Assembly (NCBI GenBank): GCA_964436175.1
Contig: CAYTBX010000003.1
Span: forward strand, 1-52,068
Source of the DNA: an uncultured Candidatus Saccharibacteria bacterium
Lineage (GTDB): Bacteria > Patescibacteriota > Minisyncoccia > UBA6257 > UBA11618
DNA length: 52,068 bases
Reading direction: 5' to 3'
Each line of letters opens with the position of its first letter. Position 1 is the stretch's first letter. The position numbers were made by a program, and so were the translations under genes. A model generated the notes under the pieces. That model worked only from the letters and a program-made list of their open reading frames with translations, was not told where the DNA came from and did no database searches. Below, in pieces: positions 43,533-52,068 of the stretch.

Positions 43533-44200
43533 ACCGTAAAAGCCAGTTCCGCTATATCCCGTATGTCGTAAGGGAATGAAACTTCCGCCTCTTTGAATAC
43601 ACCGCCTTCGGCGCCAAGAGAAACAGAACCCACCGTTCCTATAACAAGGCCGTAGGGCAGTTCGATAGAGGCGCTTACGATAGTATCACCCACGAGAATT
43701 TCCTTATCTGCGGGAATCATCGCGATACGCGAAACGGTTCCGCCCACGAGAAGCCCCGCGACCTTGTGCGGACCGACGCGTACGGGGATTTGCCAGTCGG
43801 GACTACCGACCATGCGCACGACGCTATACCGGTTATGGACTTCAGTTACCTGCCCCGCAAGGACGGAACCGCCGAAAGTTGCGGGGTAGCCGACGCGCAT
43901 GCCGTCGGAGCGGCCCTTGTCGACGCGCACCGCGGAGCGGCCACCGAAGGGATACGTGGCAAAAACGTCCGCGAACATGATAGCACCTTCACGCTGACCG
44001 AGAAACAGGCCGGCGGGAGCAGCTTTCGAAATTGCGGCCTTCAAGGCCTCGTTTTCCGCCCGGAGAGTCTCATAGTCGAGCGGTTGGCCGCTATGTACGA
44101 AGCGGGCCGCAGAAAGGAAGAATGCGTACCGCCCGGCAGGGCCAGCCAGTATGAAAATGATACCGAGAGTGGCGATGAATACCGCAAAGGAATACCGCAT
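43517..44200 (-). CDS. mreC: Rod shape-determining protein MreC
   Basis: TM anchor, a coiled-coil segment (ENEALKAAI), then beta-rich domains. ATG 44200 preferred; the longer start would overlap mreB by 97 nt. Confidence 0.75.
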   Translation of the reverse strand: MRYSFAVFIATLGIIFILAGPAGRYAFFLSAARFVHSGQPLDYETLRAENEALKAAISKAAPAGLFLGQREGAIMFADVFATYPFGGRSAVRVDKGRSDGMRVGYPATFGGSVLAGQVTEVHNRYSVVRMVGSPDWQIPVRVGPHKVAGLLVGGTVSRIAMIPADKEILVGDTIVSASIELPYGLVIGTVGSVSLGAEGGVFKEAEVSFPYDIRDIAELAFTVWTRD

Positions 44201-44217
44201 AGGCGAATCGTACCGCC

Positions 44218-45258
44218 TCACACGCGTATGTCGCGCGGAATAATCGGGTGATTCAGGACGGGCGAATACTGCTCGAACTGCTCGACTGCAACGCCCGTGC
44301 CGCGCACGACGCACGTTAAGGGGTCATCAACGACGACCGTATGTATGGAAAGCTCTTTCGCGACAAGTTGGTCGAGGCCGCGCAGCAAACTGCCGCCGCC
44401 GCATAAGTGGATACCATGCCGCAAAATATCACCCGCGAGCTCCGGCGGCGCGGATTCGATTACCTCCCGGATTGCCTCGACGATCATCTTAACGGAACGC
44501 ACAAGCGCGGCACGTATCTGGAAATCCTTTACTGTAACCTCCTTCGGCAAGCCGGTTGTGAGGTCGCGCCCGCGGACCAAAAGATCGGTTTTTTCCGGCA
44601 GTTGGATAGCGGAGCCGATATTTATCTTAAGCTCCTCCGCCGTCGGCTCGCCGATAACCAAACGGAACTCGTCGCGCACGAAACGGATGATATCGTCGTT
44701 CAGCTTGTCGCCCGCAACCTTCAAGCTCTTCGCCGTCACCGTGCCGCCCATAGATATGACGGCAATTTCCGTAGTCCCGCCGCCGATATCGACGATCATG
44801 TTCGCTGTCGGTTCATGTATAGGGAGCCGCGCGCCGATTGCGGCAGCGAGGGACTCCTCGATAAGGTACGCATGGCGCACGCCCGCGCCGATAACCGCAT
44901 CCTCGACGGACTTGCGCTCTACTTCCGTAAGATTACTCGGCACGCCGACGATGGCGCGGTGGTAACTGAAAAACGGACTGGAGCCGCCCGCGAGCTTCAA
45001 GAAATGACGCATCACCTCCTGCGTCATTTCGAAGTCGGATATAACGCCGTTTACGAGCGGGCGGATGACGTTAATGTGGCCAGGGGTGCGACCAAGCATT
45101 TTCTTCGCCTCGAGGCCGATAGCAAGAACGCTACCCGTCTTCGCGTTCACCGCGGCAATAGAGGGCTCGTTCACGACAATACCCCGTCCCGCGAGATACA
45201 CCAAGGTGTTCGCGGTACCGAGGTCGATACCGATGCTTTTGCCGAAATAATTGAACAT
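44218..45258 (-). CDS. mreB: Rod shape-determining actin homolog MreB
   Basis: GIDLGTANTLVY, DIGGGTTEIAV and CGGGSLLRGL motifs. Confidence 0.95.
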   Translation of the reverse strand: MFNYFGKSIGIDLGTANTLVYLAGRGIVVNEPSIAAVNAKTGSVLAIGLEAKKMLGRTPGHINVIRPLVNGVISDFEMTQEVMRHFLKLAGGSSPFFSYHRAIVGVPSNLTEVERKSVEDAVIGAGVRHAYLIEESLAAAIGARLPIHEPTANMIVDIGGGTTEIAVISMGGTVTAKSLKVAGDKLNDDIIRFVRDEFRLVIGEPTAEELKINIGSAIQLPEKTDLLVRGRDLTTGLPKEVTVKDFQIRAALVRSVKMIVEAIREVIESAPPELAGDILRHGIHLCGGGSLLRGLDQLVAKELSIHTVVVDDPLTCVVRGTGVAVEQFEQYSPVLNHPIIPRDIRV

Positions 45259-46472
45259 TAAATAAGGTCTTCTACCGTACCGAGTTTCGCTTCCGCGCTA
45301 TCGCGGCGCTTTATCTCAATCTTCCCGCCGGTTTTTTCGCTTATAACCGCGCGCATGGGAATACCAAGCAAGTCGGCGGTGGCGAGCTTGTCGCCCGCGC
45401 TCGTTTGCCGGTCGTCCCAGAGTACCGCAACGCCCCGCTTTTGCAATGCCTCGTACGCGTTTTTTGCCGCGTCGCCCGATTTCGTAAAGTCCAGTAGATG
45501 CACCGCGAAAGGCGCCACGGACGCGGGCCATACGAGCCCCGCATCGTCATGAAAGGTTTCGGCTATGGTGCCCATCAGGCGCGAAACGCCAATGCCGTAC
45601 GAACCCATGATCACCGGCTTCTTCACGCCGTCTTCAGCGGTGAATGTAAGATTGAACGCGTCAGAATATTTCGTACCGAGAGGAAAAATATTACCAACCT
45701 CTATCGCCGTCTTTTCTTCAATCACTCCTTTGCACTGCGGGCACGCATCCCCCGCCCTCACAGTCGCCACTTCCTTGTTTTCGGCGTAGCGACACTTCGG
45801 ACACACGTATATCACGTCCTCACCAACCGGCGAAACGACTTGGAACTCGTGCGTTATATTACCCGTAAAAGCGCCGCCCGCGGCGCGCGTGCAATAGGCG
45901 TCGAGCCCGCAACGGGCAAACACATTCGCATACGCCTGTTTTGTTTTTTCATAAAACGCTTCGAAGTCTTCTTGCGAAGCGTGGAAACTATACATGTCTT
46001 TCATGATAAATTCCTTGCCGCGCAAGATGCCGGACTTGGCGCGCGCTTCGTTACGAAACTTCGTTTGCACTTGGTATGCCGAAAACGGCAAATCGCGGTA
46101 CGAGCTTATATGGTGCGAAACGATTTCCGTAAGCACCTCTTCATGCGTCCAGCCGAGCGCGAACGCGTCTACCGCTTCGCCGATCCCCCGTACGCGGTAG
46201 CCAACATCCACTCCCCACCGATCAGTCGCTTCCAAATATTTTTTATCCACGAGTGCGGGCATCAACATTTCGTTACTGCCTAATGCATCCATCTCCTCGC
46301 GCACAATATCAGCGATTTTACGGATCACGCGCCAGCCGAGCGGCAAGTACGAATACACCCCTGCGGAATTTTTATACACAAACGCGCCGCGTTCCAAAAG
46401 AGCAGCGTTAGCGGATACGGCATCCGTAGGCGCCGTCTTAGAAGTTTTAGCGAATAAAGAAGATTGCCTCAT
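45258..46472 (-). CDS. proS: Prolyl-tRNA synthetase (bacterial type, lacking the INS editing domain)
   Basis: Class II motifs (FRNEARAKSGILRGKEF; GSYGIGVSRL). CPKC...CPQC mini-insert where INS normally sits. ATG 46472; the track start at 46487 is a GTG. Confidence 0.85.
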   Translation of the reverse strand: MRQSSLFAKTSKTAPTDAVSANAALLERGAFVYKNSAGVYSYLPLGWRVIRKIADIVREEMDALGSNEMLMPALVDKKYLEATDRWGVDVGYRVRGIGEAVDAFALGWTHEEVLTEIVSHHISSYRDLPFSAYQVQTKFRNEARAKSGILRGKEFIMKDMYSFHASQEDFEAFYEKTKQAYANVFARCGLDAYCTRAAGGAFTGNITHEFQVVSPVGEDVIYVCPKCRYAENKEVATVRAGDACPQCKGVIEEKTAIEVGNIFPLGTKYSDAFNLTFTAEDGVKKPVIMGSYGIGVSRLMGTIAETFHDDAGLVWPASVAPFAVHLLDFTKSGDAAKNAYEALQKRGVAVLWDDRQTSAGDKLATADLLGIPMRAVISEKTGGKIEIKRRDSAEAKLGTVEDLI

Positions 46473-46507
46473 GCCCTTATCGTACACGCGAAAACGGAAA
46501 AAACAAG

Positions 46508-47491
46508 CTAGAAAAACGCCGTTACGTCCTTTATAGTAACCGCAACTATAAGGAGAAAGAGAAACAGGAAGGATATCCCCTGCGCGCGAGCCTCGACCTG
46601 CGGAGAGAACTGCTTACGGCGAATTTTTTCGATAAGGATAAATAACAGGCGGCCGCCGTCGAGCGCGGGAATGGGTAATAAGTTAAGCACCGCGAGATTA
46701 AGGGATATGATACCGAGAAGCTGGAGGACGTAGGCAAAGCCAACAGCGCCCGCGCCGGATGCCACGCGAAAAATTCCAAGAGGCCCCATAACGGCCTCCG
46801 GTTCGGAAAAAAGCCCAATAAGCCCCACAACCACAGCCCACGAAGTGCCGGACGCCATAATGAAGCCGCCATACAAACCATCCCACAGCCCCGCCGGTGC
46901 TGCCCCGCCCCCGACGAGCGTGACGCCAAGCGCGCCTTCGCCCTTAGGCGGGCTCACACGAGGGACGATAGAAATTGTTTCAATAATGCCCGACCGCGTT
47001 ACGGAAAGGGAGATCTTTTTGCCGCGGTTTTTCTTCACGTGCGCCATGAAGCCAGCCGGATCCGTAAAGCCGTTTATGATATCCCCTTGCCGGAGCCCCG
47101 CAGTCTCCGCAGGGCCGCCCACTGTTACCTCGCCTATGAAAACCGCGGGAGGCACGCCCATCCAAAGCACTGCAGAAAATAGTAAGAAGCCTGCGAGGAA
47201 ATTCATCACAACACCCGCAACAAGCACTATGGCGCGCTTCCATGCGCTTTGGCGCATAAAGGAGCGCGGGGAACTACCGTCCAGTTCGCCATGGAGCTTT
47301 ACGAACCCACCAAGCGGAATAAGGTTTACGCTATAGCGCGTCTCCCCGCTTTTTCTCGAAAACAAACGCGGCGGGAAGCCGATACCGAATTCCTCCACGT
47401 ACATACCAAAGGATTTCGCTGCGGCAAAATGCCCCAGCTCATGGACGAGTACGAGCAAAACAAGCCCCGCGAAAACGGCGAGCTCAGTCAT
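46508..47491 (-). CDS. rseP: Site-2 (RseP/M50) intramembrane zinc metalloprotease
   Basis: HELGHF motif in TM1, a PDZ-like middle region, and LNLLPIPALDGG. Confidence 0.85.
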   Translation of the reverse strand: MTELAVFAGLVLLVLVHELGHFAAAKSFGMYVEEFGIGFPPRLFSRKSGETRYSVNLIPLGGFVKLHGELDGSSPRSFMRQSAWKRAIVLVAGVVMNFLAGFLLFSAVLWMGVPPAVFIGEVTVGGPAETAGLRQGDIINGFTDPAGFMAHVKKNRGKKISLSVTRSGIIETISIVPRVSPPKGEGALGVTLVGGGAAPAGLWDGLYGGFIMASGTSWAVVVGLIGLFSEPEAVMGPLGIFRVASGAGAVGFAYVLQLLGIISLNLAVLNLLPIPALDGGRLLFILIEKIRRKQFSPQVEARAQGISFLFLFLLIVAVTIKDVTAFF

Positions 47492-48023
47492 TGATCTCCG
47501 TGTTTTTTGCGATAAGAAGCGCCTCGATCGCGGCGTTAGCGGCATCAGTCGCCTTTTGCACGCTTTCCTTCATGCGGAACTGCATATCTTCGTCGATCTC
47601 CTGCGCCTTAATCTTTTTATTAATATCGTCGCGGTAGCCGCGCACTTTAATGCGCTCCTTTTCCGCAAGCGCCTTCGCAAGCTTGATAAGTTCCACGCGC
47701 CGCTCGTCCGTGAGTAACGGGAGCGCTAAGCGCACGGTGGAACCGCTTACGGAAACGGAAAGCCCTAAGTTTGCGCTTTCAATTGCCTTACCCACCTCGG
47801 GCGCGGCAGACGCATCCCACACCGAAATCGCCATTTCGCGCGGCGGGATAATCATGATCGAACCCATCTGCTTTACGGGCGTCATTTGGCCAAAATAATC
47901 TATTTTCACGTCCTCAACGAGGCGTGGGCTCGGGCGGTTAGTCCGTATGCCGGAACACTCGTCTTTGAAATGCGCTACCGCCCCGTTTAGATCAGCTTCG
48001 AATTGTTTTAATAGGGAATCCAT
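47484..48023 (-). CDS. frr: Ribosome recycling factor
   Basis: SGIRTNRPSPRLVEDVKIDYFG and LTDERRVELIK motifs. Confidence 0.9.
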   Translation of the reverse strand: MDSLLKQFEADLNGAVAHFKDECSGIRTNRPSPRLVEDVKIDYFGQMTPVKQMGSIMIIPPREMAISVWDASAAPEVGKAIESANLGLSVSVSGSTVRLALPLLTDERRVELIKLAKALAEKERIKVRGYRDDINKKIKAQEIDEDMQFRMKESVQKATDAANAAIEALLIAKNTEIND

Positions 48024-48028
48024 ATCAC

Positions 48029-48706
48029 TTATAAGTACGACGAAATAGCCTCCCATTGCAACTTGCGATTGGTAGTATGCCGACCCATAAGCATCAAGCG
48101 ATAGGACATTTCTTTAAGCGCCCGCCAGTTTTTTAGGTGGTCATGATCAAGGGCTGCCATGACGCCCGCGGCGAAAAGGCTTTGGGCTACATCGTCGCGC
48201 TCGAGTATCTGTTTTAAAATCTCCTTCCTACCTGCCGCACCAGCTGCTAAAAATTCTTCGGCTTCAGCAATAACGTCTTCTGGCAAAGCCGCTTCCGCGG
48301 CTGACGGCACGAAGAGCTTTTGGAACCGCGATTGGAGCGCCGGAGAAAGAAAAGCCGGATCGCGTGCTACGAAAAGCACTAAGCCATGCTCCGGGGGCTC
48401 CTCAACTATTTTTAAAAACGCATCCTGTGCCTGCGGCGTAAGGGTTGCGGCGTCCGCAACGATAATAGTCTTCCGCGCGCTCTTAACTGGCGCCTGCCAG
48501 ATAAACCGCTGGGCTTCGCGCACCGCCTCGATACCCGTCGTCCCCTCCACGGGGAAAATAATAAGCGAATCAACAAACGGCGCCGGCTCTAGCGCTAAAA
48601 GAAACTCCTGTATGATCGCGATCTTCCCCTCCTGCGGGCCATAACCCCATAAAAGGTAGGCGTGGGAAAGATTATCTTTTATTGATAAGAGTGCGTTTGT
48701 AGACAT
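48029..48706 (-). CDS. holB: DNA polymerase III delta-prime-like subunit
   Basis: SHAYLLWG...IIVADAATLTPQAQDAFLKIVEEPPEHGLVLFV...LSPALQSRFQ pattern of clamp-loader delta-prime. No intact Walker A. Confidence 0.55.
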   Translation of the reverse strand: MSTNALLSIKDNLSHAYLLWGYGPQEGKIAIIQEFLLALEPAPFVDSLIIFPVEGTTGIEAVREAQRFIWQAPVKSARKTIIVADAATLTPQAQDAFLKIVEEPPEHGLVLFVARDPAFLSPALQSRFQKLFVPSAAEAALPEDVIAEAEEFLAAGAAGRKEILKQILERDDVAQSLFAAGVMAALDHDHLKNWRALKEMSYRLMLMGRHTTNRKLQWEAISSYL

Positions 48707-49679
48707 CGAGGTGGTTTAAGATTAACCCCGTGCCCTTGGCAACGCAAAAGAGCGGTTCGTCTGCCACGAAAGCGGATACGCCGAGCATGCGCTTGAAAAA
48801 TTCGTCTATGTGCCCGAGCTGGGCACCACCGCCCGAAAGGATTATCCCTTTGTCCATAATATCTGCCACAAGCTCGGGCGGCGTGACGTTGAACACGCGT
48901 TGGACTTCGGAGACGATGTCCATGAGGTGTGGGTTTAAGGCCTCCGCGATTTCGTTGGAATTAATAATGATGTCTTTTGGTAATCCAGAGATTAGGTCGC
49001 GGCCGCGCAATTGGAATTCTTCTTTGTCTTTCGAAGGTAGGGCCGCGCCGATTTCGATCTTCGCCTGCTCAGCCGTCTGCTCGCCTATCGAGAGCGCGTA
49101 CTTCTTTTTGATCATGTCGATGATCGCTTGGTCGAACTTGTTGCCCGCGACGCGGAGCGACGCCCACGAAACGATACCACCCAATGAAACGACCGCGACT
49201 TCCGAGGTGCCGCCGCCGATATTCACAATCATGTTGCCGGCATGACTATTGATGGGGATGCCGGCGCCGAGCGCGGCTAAGATCGGCTCCTTTACGATAT
49301 ACGCTTCTTTCGCGCCCGCTTCGCGCACGGCGTTCATGACGGCGCGGCGCTCCGTCTGCGTGATGCCCGCTGGAACGGAAATGACGACCTCCGGCTTAAA
49401 GAGATTAAAAGGGCCCACTGCTTTCGCAATGAAGTAGTGGAGCATGGCGCGCGTGATGTAGTAGTCGGCGATGACGCCGTCCTTCAAAGGCCGGTACGCC
49501 GTGATATCGTCCGGCGTGCGGCCGATCATTTCTTTCGCCTCGCGGCCCACGGCGAGCACGGTATTGTCGGGCGACGACAAGGCGACTATCGTCGGCTCGT
49601 TGATAACGAAGTTGCTGCCAGGGACGTACACGATAGTGTTCGCTGTCCCCAAATCGATGCCGATCTTACGGATAAACAT
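48672..49679 (-). CDS. Second MreB/Mbl-family actin homolog
   Basis: GIDLGTANTIVY, NIGGGTSEVAV and LSGGGAQLGHI motifs. Paralog of 44218-45258. Confidence 0.9.
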   Translation of the reverse strand: MFIRKIGIDLGTANTIVYVPGSNFVINEPTIVALSSPDNTVLAVGREAKEMIGRTPDDITAYRPLKDGVIADYYITRAMLHYFIAKAVGPFNLFKPEVVISVPAGITQTERRAVMNAVREAGAKEAYIVKEPILAALGAGIPINSHAGNMIVNIGGGTSEVAVVSLGGIVSWASLRVAGNKFDQAIIDMIKKKYALSIGEQTAEQAKIEIGAALPSKDKEEFQLRGRDLISGLPKDIIINSNEIAEALNPHLMDIVSEVQRVFNVTPPELVADIMDKGIILSGGGAQLGHIDEFFKRMLGVSAFVADEPLFCVAKGTGLILNHLDVYKRTLINKR

Positions 49680-49738
49680 AGGAGGAATAGTATACGCTCA
49701 CGGCGTATTGTCAAAGACCAGCTACATTTTATAGATGG

Positions 49739-51610
49739 TTATGACTCAAAGGGATTCACACGATCCACATACCCCTTATTCGTTCCTTCAATCATAGCCC
49801 TGCGAGCCCCCTCCACAGACTCCTCTGCTATCGTGTAATCCAATTCTTCAACTTTTACTAACAAAGCTTCTCGTTGCTGCTCCAAGGCATTAATTCGTTT
49901 TTGCAAAGTAGGTCTCCTATCAACTTGCGGCGGTATTCCAGCAGGATTCCTGACGCCGATAGTATTTACTTCATTTCTCAAGGATTCGATTTTTCTATCA
50001 ATGTCCGTTATTTCAGATACTGCGGTTTTTCGCGACGCCTGATATTCGTTGATATAATCCTGCGATGTTTTGCCAGTTGCGCCATCCCATAAATCCCTCC
50101 AAACAGCCTTAATAGTACTTGGACGCGGTATATAGCCTAACCCCTTTGCGACGGTAGCGATTCTCTGAAGAGGGATATTGGGCGATTTAAACCCAGTAGA
50201 TGGCGTCCTTGTGACCTCTAAGGGAGTTGCTCCCTTAACCATGCTCTTTCTTTGATTAAGAGAGTCAAGCCATTGCTGCATAGCCTGATTAGCCTCCACG
50301 CGCGTGCCTAAAACTGGTTTTTGATTCGGCACGTTCGACGGAATTAATAAAGTCTGGGAAGATTGCGGCGCGGGTAACGCAAGGGGCCTCACAGATGACT
50401 GCGCCGCAAGCCCGGGCAAGGACGCAGGGAGTGGAATTTCTAATTGAGTTTCTTCGTCCATCTGCTCCATAAAACGCAACTCTTCCATGAAAGCTTTCAA
50501 GCCGGCTATTTTCTTAGCCTCGGCATATACGTTCATTTCATAATATGCACCCATCGAAGCAGCCATCTCATGAAAACCCTCAGAAAAACCTAATGTAGCA
50601 GCTATCGTATTAAGGGCTTTCGGTCTCGAAAATAGCGTATCGTTACCAGTAAGCTGTATCGGCGCTATTCTTGAAAAATCCCTTTGGGCTTCGATAATTC
50701 TTTTTGTCGCCTCAATTATTCTTTGATTTCTTGAAGCATTAGGCATCTCCATTTCAAGCTCCTGCATCATAGCTCTCCCTAAAAGTTCCGCAGCCTGGTA
50801 CTCGTGACCTCTATAAGCATTATTAGCCATTAAAGATTGAGACACTATATCGACCAGCTTTTTCGGATCCATTGCGCCCTTACTTGTTATTGAATTATAT
50901 AAATCTGTACTGCCGCAAAATCTATAATGCTCATTATTAAAACATTCATCCTCAAAAAGCAGCGTTAATGTCTCCGAAAGCATTATGGAGGAATTCCCGT
51001 CTATGACATCCCTATTAAAAAAATGAATGAATTCATGAACAAACGTTTTCTGCATTTCCTCCGGCTTGCGAATTGCAATATTTATAATATCCGACGGACC
51101 ATCCTGCATAACGAAATTACCCGAAGCATTTTTATTGGATCCGGGAAGGGTATTTTCGTGCAATTTAACGATTAGATTTTTTTGGCTGGGATATTTCATG
51201 GCGGGATCCCTACTGGTATAATCATCAGTTAAAATTCTTTCTATCGATGTAAGACTGCCGAGCTGATTACCCGTAATGCCGCTCGCAAGACCGTGGACAA
51301 GCGCATAATTATTCGGCGCATCGGGAAGAAGGGAAAATTCTAAAAAAACTTTATTACCACTCTTACCCATAGGCATGACAATATACCCGATCTTTGAAGG
51401 GGAATTAGTATCAGGAATTACTATCGTCGATTTTGCGGGAAGCACCGATCCCACAGGAAAACCTAATCTTTGAACATCAGGCCTATTAAAATCTGCGGGT
51501 GTATCAATAAATATTGACTCTGCTTTTTCTATATTTGGAAAAGCAAAAGAAAAAGAGGGAATGCAATATAAAAAAAGACTTATTAAAAAGTAACTCGCTA
51601 TTTTCTTCAT
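49739..51610 (-). CDS. Secreted HExxH-motif protein with C-terminal coiled coil (putative metalloprotease/effector)
   Basis: Signal peptide MKKIASYFLISLFLYCIPSFSFA if ATG 51610 is used. FVHEFIHFF (HExxH). Coiled-coil tail. AT-rich. An alternative ATG at 51685 overlaps the upstream stop (TGATG). Confidence 0.55.
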   Translation of the reverse strand: MKKIASYFLISLFLYCIPSFSFAFPNIEKAESIFIDTPADFNRPDVQRLGFPVGSVLPAKSTIVIPDTNSPSKIGYIVMPMGKSGNKVFLEFSLLPDAPNNYALVHGLASGITGNQLGSLTSIERILTDDYTSRDPAMKYPSQKNLIVKLHENTLPGSNKNASGNFVMQDGPSDIINIAIRKPEEMQKTFVHEFIHFFNRDVIDGNSSIMLSETLTLLFEDECFNNEHYRFCGSTDLYNSITSKGAMDPKKLVDIVSQSLMANNAYRGHEYQAAELLGRAMMQELEMEMPNASRNQRIIEATKRIIEAQRDFSRIAPIQLTGNDTLFSRPKALNTIAATLGFSEGFHEMAASMGAYYEMNVYAEAKKIAGLKAFMEELRFMEQMDEETQLEIPLPASLPGLAAQSSVRPLALPAPQSSQTLLIPSNVPNQKPVLGTRVEANQAMQQWLDSLNQRKSMVKGATPLEVTRTPSTGFKSPNIPLQRIATVAKGLGYIPRPSTIKAVWRDLWDGATGKTSQDYINEYQASRKTAVSEITDIDRKIESLRNEVNTIGVRNPAGIPPQVDRRPTLQKRINALEQQREALLVKVEELDYTIAEESVEGARRAMIEGTNKGYVDRVNPFES

Positions 51611-51684
51611 ATTCATAGAATACCATAAAAAAACTCTCCATCGCTGGAGAGCTTGATAACCTCGTGGGCAATCGCCGTATTTCA

Positions 51685-51915
51685 TCAACCGACCTGATAA
51701 TAATCAGGAAACCGAATCTCGAGCTCAACACCTAGAGGCGTTTTTTTCAACACCTTCAGCGCAATCTCGTCGCCTTCGCCCAAGCAAAGCGTATCATCTT
51801 GCTCCCTCTCAAGGAGAAATGTCGCCCGGCCACGCGTTGAAGATAATGTAATTCTGCCGATATCAGCCAAACACAATGATTTTCCCAATTCTAACGAAAC
51901 GGTTTTTGTTTGCAT
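51685..51915 (-). CDS. Small hypothetical protein (76 aa)
   Basis: ATG 51915 preceded by AAGGAG at a 6-nt spacing. Beta-rich sequence, no confident family. Confidence 0.5.
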   Translation of the reverse strand: MQTKTVSLELGKSLCLADIGRITLSSTRGRATFLLEREQDDTLCLGEGDEIALKVLKKTPLGVELEIRFPDYYQVG

Positions 51916-51977
51916 GGCAAACTCCTTGTTGTGGTGTACAAAAAATCTACGCAATCAGCATAAGCAACACGATTAAC

Positions 51978-52006
51978 AATATAACAAATAATTGTTATTT
52001 TGTCAA
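51978..52006 (-). promoter_or_regulatory. Sigma70-like promoter for the 51915 gene
   Basis: Minus strand reads TTGACA, 17 nt, TATATT. Confidence 0.55.
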
Positions 52007-52068
52007 TATCGCGCTTCCTGAATTCAACTTCGAAGTGCAACACCCCATACTTCCAATGGCGTTTTGTA

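Noticed and set aside
51685-51915. Possible CsrA-like or AbrB-like identity of the 76-aa ORF
   Set aside because: There is only a vague alternating hydrophobic pattern and no diagnostic motif, so it is left as hypothetical.

Overview
This 52-kb window is a compact, mostly minus-strand bacterial chromosome segment. By hand count it is about 55-63% GC, with several AT-rich islands. All homology calls come from motif recognition by eye; no searches were run.

Gene content, left to right:
- a dockerin-bearing and a cohesin-bearing surface protein, adjacent to each other
- a secretin-less type IV pilus cluster (pilD, pilin, pilC, pilT, pilB, small ORF, pilO, pilN, pilM), then comF
- an orphan PurM-like gene
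- a frameshifted phosphohexomutase
- a PIF1/RecD-like helicase
- an AT-rich, tRNA-bounded island carrying a methyltransferase and a DUF262-HNH nuclease
- two repeat-rich Gly/Tyr/Pro surface proteins
- NDH-2
- a tRNA-dense stretch interspersed with small nuclease genes
- rpmG, murC, a ZIP transporter, tsf, rpsB, secA, murB and tpiA
- an mrdA-mreD-mreC-mreB block, then proS, rseP, frr, holB and a second mreB
- an AT-rich right-end island with a secreted HExxH protein

The short EF-Ts, INS-less ProRS, secretin-less pilus, cohesin/dockerin proteins and pervasive gene overlaps suggest a CPR/Patescibacteria-like organism. That is an inference, not a demonstrated placement.

Most unusual observations:
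1. Aberrant tRNA loci:
   - a complete tRNA-Ser nested between complementary halves of another class-II tRNA
   - a tRNA-Ala-like gene with about 62 extra nt in its anticodon region
   - a tRNA-like element with a degenerate anticodon arm
2. A perfect 22-nt inverted repeat bracketing the start codon of a surface-protein gene. An in-frame start exists in either orientation.
3. The MTase + DUF262-HNH island, flanked by tRNAs with leader-trailer helices and by two perfect DnaA boxes.
4. A 211-nt palindromic element.
5. A 397-nt structured gap between convergent genes.

I cannot single out one of these as a new system. The MTase + DUF262-HNH island and its flanking aberrant tRNA loci are the best candidates.
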